NCBI RefSeq assembly: GCF_001458695.1
Contig: NZ_LN885086.1
Span: 120,001 to 152,000, forward strand
DNA from: Candidatus Nitrospira inopinata
GTDB lineage: Bacteria; Nitrospirota; Nitrospiria; Nitrospirales; Nitrospiraceae
Direction of reading: 5' to 3'
Length of the DNA: 32,000 nt
Notes under the pieces: generated by a model
Told to the model about the DNA's origin: nothing
Database searches by the model: none
What the model saw: only the letters and a program-made list of their open reading frames with translations
Part shown: one piece after another, positions 18,401 through 23,970 of the stretch
Position numbering within the stretch: the first letter of the stretch is position 1
Layout: each line of letters starts with the position of its first letter
Made by a program: the position numbers and the translations under genes

Positions 18401-19032
18401 CACACCGTATAGCTGCGGAACAGCTCGCTCACGAAGCGTGAGGCCCAGCGCTCGGTTAGGTAGGCCAACCCAAAATCGCCGCTGGAGACAACCAGCCGGT
18501 CCAAGTCGCTCGGCGTGGGGGATGGGGTGAGCAGGCCGTGCAGATAGACCAGGCCATTCCACCGGTTCTTCGGTACCGGCAGCAGTGGGGCTTGAAAACG
18601 CTCGATCGCCCAGCCCTTTGTGGCGATAACCTCCTCGAAGAGTCGATCGAAGTTGGTAGTGATGAGTCGCGTGCGGCCATCGCGGGTCCTGCCCAGAGTC
18701 AGCAAGGCCTCATGGGTGGCCGTCGCGGTGGGTGCGGCGAGGTTCGGCGTCAGAATGCTTGCCAATTCCCGGCGTACCGCTTCACGCCCTCTGACGATGT
18801 CGCCTTCCAGCAAGCCGATGGCCGTGTCGAACTGTCCGGCCTTGATGGCCGTCGCCTGCACCGCATTGGGCGTGACGGACAGCCTGGCGTAGAGCTCGCG
18901 CACCAGCCCGCCGAATCCCGGTAGTCCCGCGGGGTAGGAGATGCCGGCTCCGCAGAAGAACACGACGCGTCCTTCTTCATGCGCTTGGAGGAGCTGTTCG
19001 GGAACGTCTGGACCGTTGCGGACGAACTGCAT
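15454..19032 (-). CDS. Giant SIR2-family protein (N-terminal SIR2_2-type NADase-like domain plus ~900 aa helical region); DSR-like defence sirtuin candidate
   Basis: 1192-aa ORF. Motifs: VVFFCGAGISYPAGLPGF, TTNFDRLFE, LVYLHGLL, VVSSGDFGLAY, VCFVGYSINDP. The long W/L/R-rich C-terminal region has no motif I can name. Confidence 0.85.
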   Translation of the reverse strand: MQFVRNGPDVPEQLLQAHEEGRVVFFCGAGISYPAGLPGFGGLVRELYARLSVTPNAVQATAIKAGQFDTAIGLLEGDIVRGREAVRRELASILTPNLAAPTATATHEALLTLGRTRDGRTRLITTNFDRLFEEVIATKGWAIERFQAPLLPVPKNRWNGLVYLHGLLTPSPTPSDLDRLVVSSGDFGLAYLTERWASRFVSELFRSYTVCFVGYSINDPVLCYMMDALAADRLLGESPPEMFAFGSYSKGKEDERANEWRAKNVTPILYREHKRHAYLHKTLWEWAKTYRDGLRGKESIVVESAMVRPLASTKQDYFVPRMLWALSDPSGLPAKRFAELNPVPSLDWLAPLSEKRFGSADLARFGAAPQPVVDDKLSFSLMCRPSPYPLAPSMCVVDVGAHGSRWDAVMRHLARWLTRHLGDPALLLWLVERGGRLHDEFVRQIECRLNEIAKYEREGNTGELARIQEGAPQAIPSPLMRTLWLLLLTGRVKSWRHQFVLVRWRNHFKHQGLTATLRLELRNILTPQVMLREPFGRPSDGVEAARPQGMRDLVEWEIVLSAEDVRATSRDLAKDERWTAALPELLPDFTMLLRDALDLMRELGGTQDRSDLSYIHQPSISQHPQNHGSYDWTVLIELTRDAWLATVQQSPEQAALVAEPWRHIPYPLFKRLAFFAAAQDGVIPPRRALDWLLADDRWWLWSVETQRETMRLLVSLAPRLDEPMRRVLVDAILAGPPRAMFKDDIEPERWTRIVDWGVWLRLAKVAATGVPLDGDAKDRLDALSAQYPQWTLAADERDEFPVRMGDGSEWRTFHATPRRRKELVEWLKRHPARDRWRQDDWKQLCQKKFPTVVCALYALAKEGVWPVDRWEEAFYAWPKKTHLNRPRRLLAAVLAEAPDAPLQALTHPMSYWLKEVAGDFKEHEQRFFALARRILELRDEDHEGTTTDDMVEIAINHPVGHVTEALLRWWERQGLEDGQGLPEEVKRIFTDLCNTTIEKFRHGRVLLAAHVITLFRVDRDWTLQHLLPLFDWQRSEAEARAAWEGFLWSPRLYRPLMEMKAFKTAFLDTASHYGQLGRDGKQYAAVLTFAALDPGDIFTVDELATATRALPQDGLHEAARALVRELEGAGDQRSDFWTNRVVPYLRDIWPKNKVHASPVVAECFGRLCVAAGDALPEAVAQLRDWLQTAGLP

Positions 19033-19253
19033 GGCGCGATCCTACCCCTGTTGCGAGCCCTTGTCATCAGTCACACAGGCCGCTTCCACCGAACGCCAAA
19101 GGTATCGTCGAACGCACGTCGCGCAAGACATGAAGCGCCTTGGCGGCAATCACAGACCGGCAATGAAATTTTCTCGACGAGCTGCCGGCAGCAGAGTGGT
19201 TGCCGGATGTGAGGCGCCGAGACGCCACGGCGGTGCATGCCAGGCAAAGTTCC

Positions 19254-19288
19254 ACAAATAAAAAGGGGGAGCCCGAAGGCTCCCCCTT
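19254..19288 (-). terminator. Rho-independent terminator of the RRM gene
   Basis: The 9-bp stem gggggagcc (19265-19273) pairs with ggctccccc (19278-19286) around a cgaa loop. On the minus strand it is followed by TTTTTATTT (19256-19264). It lies 25 nt downstream of the stop at 19313. Confidence 0.8.
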
Positions 19289-19312
19289 TCGCTCACAGCT
19301 CTCGTCGGCCGT

Positions 19313-19615
19313 TTAGAAGCGGCTACGCCGCTCGCCGCCGCCGAATCGCTTTCCGCCGGAACGCGGTTCCTGCGGTTTCGCCTCGTTCACGGTCAGGGTG
19401 CGTCCGTCCATCTGAGAGCCGTTCAGCGCGCTAATCGCCGCCTCGGCTTCCTCTCGCGTGGACATTTCCACGAAGCCGAAGCCCCGCGACTGCCCGGTGA
19501 ACTTATCCGCGATGACGCGGGCGGATTCGACCGTCCCGTGCGTCGCAAACAAGGTGGTGAGTTGTGAATCGGTCGCCGAATACGGCAACCCGCCGACGTA
19601 AATTTTTGAACCCAT
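19313..19615 (-). CDS. rbp: RRM-type RNA-binding protein with a Gly/Arg-rich tail, 100 aa
   Basis: MGSKIYVGGLPYSATDSQL (RNP2) and SRGFGFVEM (RNP1). GAGGAGG lies upstream of the ATG at 19615. The track start at 19720 is rejected. Confidence 0.9.
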   Translation of the reverse strand: MGSKIYVGGLPYSATDSQLTTLFATHGTVESARVIADKFTGQSRGFGFVEMSTREEAEAAISALNGSQMDGRTLTVNEAKPQEPRSGGKRFGGGERRSRF

Positions 19616-19887
19616 CTGGGTCCCTCCTCGTAAAATGAGATGACATTGCCTGTGACGCGAGAACTTGCACGAGAGGAAAGCAGGAACCACAGACGCGAGT
19701 GTTGAAGCGGCTAGGATCACCCTTCCGGTCGGACTCTCGGTACCAACAACATCGATAATGGGCCTTCGCCAATACCATCTTCCTTCAGGCCCGACTCAGG
19801 AAGACTGTTGCACCATAACAGAACGCACGGCGAATAGCTACTCCGATATGCTGCGCCGCGCACGACCGAATCCAGAGGATACACCGA

Positions 19888-20199
19888 TCAGTAGAGCGGC
19901 TCTTGCGGCCCCCATCGCAGTCCGGCCAGATCGGGATCTTCTCCGTCGCGCGGCGCGGGCCTCGCGTTTTTCTCCGCCTTGCGAAGGGCGCGCCTTGCTT
20001 CTTTCTCCTTGCGGATGTTCTGCAAGGCTTTTTCACGGTCTCGCTTCGCCGACGTGGTTTTTCCTCCGCGTCCGATATGTCCCTCCTTGGCGCTCTCTGC
20101 CGATCTTCCGTCAGATGACGGCCGCGTATGATTACTCGGTCGCCCCTCGGCGTCCGACTCCCCGGACACCGTCCTGCCGAGCGTCTTCCGATTCGACAC
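19888..20199 (-). CDS. Hypothetical basic low-complexity ORF (may be the frameshifted continuation of 20132..20404)
   Basis: 103-aa ORF. The C-terminal part GGKTTSAKRDREKALQNIRKEKEARRALRKAEKNARP looks like a charged helix. No family recognised. Confidence 0.3.
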   Translation of the reverse strand: MSNRKTLGRTVSGESDAEGRPSNHTRPSSDGRSAESAKEGHIGRGGKTTSAKRDREKALQNIRKEKEARRALRKAEKNARPAPRDGEDPDLAGLRWGPQEPLY

Positions 20200-20404
20200 C
20201 CTTCGTACGGGAACGCACTCCTTGTCCCAACCCTCTGCTTGCCATCAAAGACACCGCTTGCCGGATCGACTCAATTGAAGCCGGCTCTCTTCCTTCATCA
20301 GGCGCGGACAGCCCCAGCAGTTCCCACCGAATGTTCGGTTTTCGCGCGGGGGCGCGTTTCCGTTTTTTGGCCTGCATGCCTTTAATAAACGCCGTCCTGT
20401 TCAT
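20132..20404 (-). CDS. Hypothetical basic protein, 90 aa
   Basis: AGGAG lies 8 nt upstream of the ATG at 20404 (MNRTAFIKGMQAKKRKRAPARKPN...). The rest is low-complexity and overlaps the next ORF out of frame. Confidence 0.35.
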   Translation of the reverse strand: MNRTAFIKGMQAKKRKRAPARKPNIRWELLGLSAPDEGREPASIESIRQAVSLMASRGLGQGVRSRTKGVESEDARQDGVRGVGRRGATE

Positions 20405-20698
20405 GGCCATATCTCCTAGGGTGACTCGCATGAGACATCCGACCGCCGATGCGCTCATTGCCTGGCACCGCGGCTTTCGCGCGGTACTGAGGAGCTTTCT
20501 CCTGAAAACCGGACAGTCCGTGGATCGCCACACACGCCGGAGAGACGATAACGATTCGCGCAAGAACCGTCGCAGGGGGGAAGGCGCGAGACGTGCCGCT
20601 CGTTCGTAGCGTAGGACACTTTACCATGCGCAACGATCGGAGTCCAATCCCCCGCAGCAGCTTCCTTCCGACACGCCGCCAGGCTAGAAACCAGAACA

Positions 20699-21217
20699 GC
20701 AGAAAGAAAACAGGCTACTTTTCTGGGATTTCCGTGGCCGGATGCGCGGGTGCATGGTCGATTCCAAGCCCCAGGGTGATGCACTCATCGCTTGCCAGTC
20801 TGCTCTGTCGAAAGATTGCGGCGATTCCCGCAAGGGCGCAGCGTGGCACATTCATGATCAACGATGGACTGCGCCATCCACACCAGCTGGTCGGGAGAGC
20901 TGTGGAAGGGAGCAGGATCGCACAGATGTGGCAATCGCAGGCTCGCCCAGGGGGCAGTCCATCTCACATGCACCAGCCCGGCTCCGAAGTGCGGAGCCGG
21001 GGAGAGACAGCCGTTAGGTTGGAGCGGGACACTTTATGAAACGGCTTGGCCACAGACGCCTGTGGCTTCAGTCGTGACGCGGGGAGCGGCGGACATGGCT
21101 GGCCATCTACCACTGTATCGATGAGTCAAGGACTGCCTCGGTGGCTAGCTGATGATTGGGCATGAGGCAAACACCGAAGCGCTCTAACGGGAAGTGGCGT
21201 TCGGGGGCCAGTCGAGA
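20699..21217. repeat. Direct repeat copy A: 252-bp module 1 (20701-20952), 205-bp variable insert, ~60-bp module 2 (21158-21217)
   Basis: Hand alignment to 23060-23311 at a constant offset of 2359 gives 8 mismatches in 252 nt and no gaps. Module 2 aligns to 23338-23401 with several substitutions and two small indels. Confidence 0.9.
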
Positions 21218-21864
21218 CAAACGCTGGAGTCGCTGGCCTTATGGAAGACCGTGGCGCCACCGTTGCCGCGATTCAGCACATGATAGACGTATCCACCCAC
21301 TTGCCCGCGAAGCATCCGAGGCAGAGCAGAAGTCCGGCCCTCCACACGGAGGCCATGACAGAAGCGGTGCGCAAGGAAACAAGACCGAAGGTGGAGAAGG
21401 CTGTGAGGAATACAGACTCCGCCCAGAAAGGGCTTGACGAGCCTGAGAGATCAGACAACAATCCGGTCTACATGGTCCTCACGGACCGGGTAAGGACGGA
21501 GGATTGACGATATGAACCGATCCGATTCGGACGAAGCTGGGGAAAGCGGGAACATTGGCAGTCCAGTCCCCTCCGTCTCCGGACCATATGGCGAAGATCA
21601 AGATGGCAGCAGGGCATCACTGGCATGCCCAAGCTCAGGCCACAGATTACACCTTCGAGCATGCTTTTACGACGCATCCAATCGAATACGACGATATTCT
21701 AACGGCTCACGAACTGCTCGGTCACACGGCTGTCGACACCGCCAACAGAAAGAGATATTCACATGAAGTTGAACAAAGGCCGCTACAGGATGAGAAGTCC
21801 GGTTAACAATCTATAAAAGTGTTTATACAGACTGTCCCAACACTAGTTAGGTAACAACTAGGCA

Positions 21865-22173
21865 ATGGGCTTCAGATTTCGCATAGGCCCGTTTACGTTC
21901 GGACGCACCGGAATCCGGTTGAGTCTATGGCGTTTCGGGGCTGGTATCTCAGTGCCCTTGTTCGGAAAAGGCCGCTCTTATGGCAAGATAGGCTTCGGTC
22001 CACTAAGCTGGCATTTCGGCAGCTCGCGTCGAGCAAAGGACGGCTGGAGAAATGATCCAGCGACCGAACGACAAAAGAGCTTCGCCGATGAATTGGGAAT
22101 CAAGTACCCAGAAAACGTAACCAAAGGTCAGCTGGTAGACATGATTTCCCAGGCAATGCGGAGCAATAGATGA
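21865..22173 (+). CDS. DUF4236-like small protein
   Basis: MGFRFRIGPFTFGRTGIRLSL...GISVPLFGKG matches the N-terminal DUF4236 pattern as I recall it. The C-terminus ATERQKSFADELGI...TKGQLVDMISQ is a helical motif common in phage/island proteins. It sits in the AT-richer DNA. Confidence 0.55.
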   Translation: MGFRFRIGPFTFGRTGIRLSLWRFGAGISVPLFGKGRSYGKIGFGPLSWHFGSSRRAKDGWRNDPATERQKSFADELGIKYPENVTKGQLVDMISQAMRSNR

Positions 22174-22261
22174 TCGCGAAAAAACAAGCGCCGTGGCAAC
22201 CGCCACCTGGCAATCACATTAGACGGCGCTGCGTGCCGCCACTGATGCTGGGAGATTAGCC

Positions 22262-22486
22262 TCAATGCCGGAAGACGGCGCATGGCTCGCACAACGTGAC
22301 ATTTAGGATGCCGGAGCGATCGCTGAAAAGGCCGATCGTAAGTTCAATGTCAAATGTAACGGCGAGATGGTCAGCCAGTTGAAAGTATCCAATGGAACGC
22401 GTGCCTGAGTTCCTAAGAATGGCCCATTCGGCTACAAACTCGGCTGGGTCAAGTTCGACGAACTGATGTAAGAGCGCGAGAAGCAT
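22262..22486 (-). CDS. Hypothetical ORF or gene remnant
   Basis: It is the only ORF in 22.2-22.5 kb (MLLALLHQFVELDPAEFVAEWAILRNSG...). No RBS and no recognisable family. The longer track version overlaps the toxin start. Confidence 0.25.
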   Translation of the reverse strand: MLLALLHQFVELDPAEFVAEWAILRNSGTRSIGYFQLADHLAVTFDIELTIGLFSDRSGILNVTLCEPCAVFRH

Positions 22487-22504
22487 GAGAAGGGCTGAGC
22501 CGCC

Positions 22505-22849
22505 ATGGCTTTCAGGATTACGATCACGGAAGACGCGGACAGGCAACTGCGGTCCTTGCCGGTGCGCGAGCAACGAATCCTGGAAGCGGCAATCTTGTCC
22601 CGACTACAGCACCAGCCCACGATAGCCACGAAAGCAATCAAGCTCCTGAGGTCGAATCCTCTGGCCGAGTTTGAGCTACGGGCAGGTGACCTGCGAGCCC
22701 TGTATAATGTCGAAGGAGACGAAGTTGTCATCCTGGTCGTCGGGCGAAAGGTCGGCAATACGTTGATTGTGGAAAGTGAGGAGTTTCATGGCCATCAAAA
22801 CGATCCCGCTGAGCCGCTTGGAAACGGATTTGAAAAAGACACTGAATGA
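22505..22849 (+). CDS. RelE/ParE-superfamily type II toxin
   Basis: MAFRITITEDADRQLRSLPVREQRILEAAILSRLQHQP...EFELRAGDLRALYNVEGDEVVILVVGRK follows the RelE/ParE fold pattern (..yRlRvGdyRviY.v....v.il.vg.R). Confidence 0.75.
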   Translation: MAFRITITEDADRQLRSLPVREQRILEAAILSRLQHQPTIATKAIKLLRSNPLAEFELRAGDLRALYNVEGDEVVILVVGRKVGNTLIVESEEFHGHQNDPAEPLGNGFEKDTE

Positions 22850-23042
22850 GTGCGCCGAGTCGGGTGAGACCATCGTCGTCGAAATGCCGGATCAACGGCT
22901 GTTGGCAATCCAGTCATTGGACCCCCAGCAAGACGACAGTCTCACCGATGAACTGCTAGCGACTAATCCAAAGTTCCAGGCTTTAGTAGCGAAATCGAAG
23001 GCCAGCCCGCGCAAGCCCTTCGCTGCGGGAAGCGGAGGCTAA
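22788..23042 (+). CDS. Phd/YefM-type antitoxin
   Basis: The ATG at 22788 lies after GTGAGGAG. MAIKTIPLSRLETDLKKTLNECAESGETIVVEMPDQRLLAIQSL matches the Phd/YefM N-terminal domain pattern. It overlaps the toxin ORF by 62 nt. Confidence 0.7.
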   Translation: MAIKTIPLSRLETDLKKTLNECAESGETIVVEMPDQRLLAIQSLDPQQDDSLTDELLATNPKFQALVAKSKASPRKPFAAGSGG

Positions 23043-23057
23043 CAAACGGCTGAAGGG

Positions 23058-23401
23058 GCAGAAAGAAAACAGGCTACTTCTCTGGGATTTCTGCGGCCGG
23101 ATGCGCGGGTGCATGGTGGATTCCAGACCCCAGAGTGATGCACTCATCGCTTGCCAGTCTGCTCTGTCGAAAGATTGCGGCGATTCCCGCAAGGGCGCAG
23201 CGTGGCACATTCATGCTCAACGATGGACTGCGCCATCCACACCAGCTGGTCGGGAGAGCTGTGGAAGGGAGCAGGATCGCACAGATGTGGCAATCGCAGG
23301 CTCGCCCAGGGCCAGCCCCTCGCACATTCGACGCCTGGGGCATGAGGCAGACGCCGAAGCGCTTTAACGGGGGGAAGTGGCTTTCGGCGAGCCAGTCGAG
23401 A
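23058..23401. repeat. Direct repeat copy B: module 1 (23060-23311), 26-bp spacer, module 2 (23338-23401)
   Basis: See copy A. This copy ends 70 nt from the tmRNA 3' end. Confidence 0.9.
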
Positions 23402-23470
23402 GTTGGGGATATGTTCCGCGGGTTGGTGTCGAGACTTCGATAAAGAGCCCACAACTCGAGAGATTGGAAA

Positions 23471-23820
23471 TGGTGGAGGCGCCGGGAGTTGAACCCGGGT
23501 CCGAAGATCGTCAGTGCACTGGTTCTACATGTGTAGCCGGTGTTTTGAATTCGCCGCCGCCCACGCCCATCGGCAGGCTTAGAACGGCCGCTAGCCCAGT
23601 ATTGTCTCGTCCTCGGCCGCTGAGCACCGACCTTGGACCAGCCCGCTGCATCGCGCCGTTCCACCCCCGCGGGCCTCAGATGGAACGACGTCACGGCTTA
23701 ATTAAGCCGCGAGTGCCAGTTCTTGATTGGCAGTTGCTTGTTTCCCGGAGGTTTAACGAGTCCCCGAGAGCTCGACATGCGACAGTGACCTCAGTATCCC
23801 CGTCGAAACCGGTCGCCCCC
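23471..23820 (-). ncRNA. ssrA: tmRNA (transfer-messenger RNA)
   Basis: The minus strand starts GGGGGCGACCGGTTTCGACGGGG and ends GGACCCGGGTTCAACTCCCGGCGCCTCCACCA (acceptor/T-arm with encoded CCA). The internal tag frame GCA ACT GCC AAT CAA GAA CTG GCA CTC GCG GCT TAA encodes ...ANQELALAA. Confidence 0.95.
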
Positions 23821-23970
23821 TTTCATGAAAATCGTGAGCATCACCCGTCATTCGTGAAACGTAAGCCACTATATCTTCCAAGTCACGCTTCACCTTATCA
23901 TGAACGACGTGGTTTACAGATGCTCATCATACCGCACCGGTCAAGGGGATGCCAGGGATCGGCCGGACTC

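Larger units (their letters stand above)
20699..23470. mobile_element. Putative ssrA-adjacent genomic islet remnant bounded by direct repeats (no integrase present)
   Basis: It abuts the 3' end of tmRNA and is flanked by the two repeat copies. The interior is visibly more AT-rich than the flanks and carries a TA pair and a DUF4236-like gene. Confidence 0.4.

Noticed and set aside
19195-19245. Sigma54-type -24/-12 element upstream of the SIR2 gene (tggaactttgcc on the minus strand)
   Set aside because: The GG-to-GC spacing is too short compared with TGGCAC-N5-TTGCA.
19665-20609. 314-aa plus-strand ORF in the rbp-to-repeat spacer
   Set aside because: It has a Ser/Arg/Pro/Cys-rich translation, no RBS and no motif. 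The minus-strand candidates are at least RBS-supported.
21218-21300. Possible second copy of the tmRNA 3' end (att site) next to repeat copy A
   Set aside because: Only a loose resemblance exists (tatggaagaccgtggcgcc versus attggaaatggtggaggcgcc), and the T-arm segment gggagttgaacccgg is absent. A similar weak match at 19695-19710 was also dismissed.
20699-23470. Integrase, transposase or reverse transcriptase remnants in the islet
   Set aside because: None of the six-frame translations shows tyrosine/serine recombinase, DDE or RT motifs. The repeat-encoded peptides do not resemble an integrase C-terminus.
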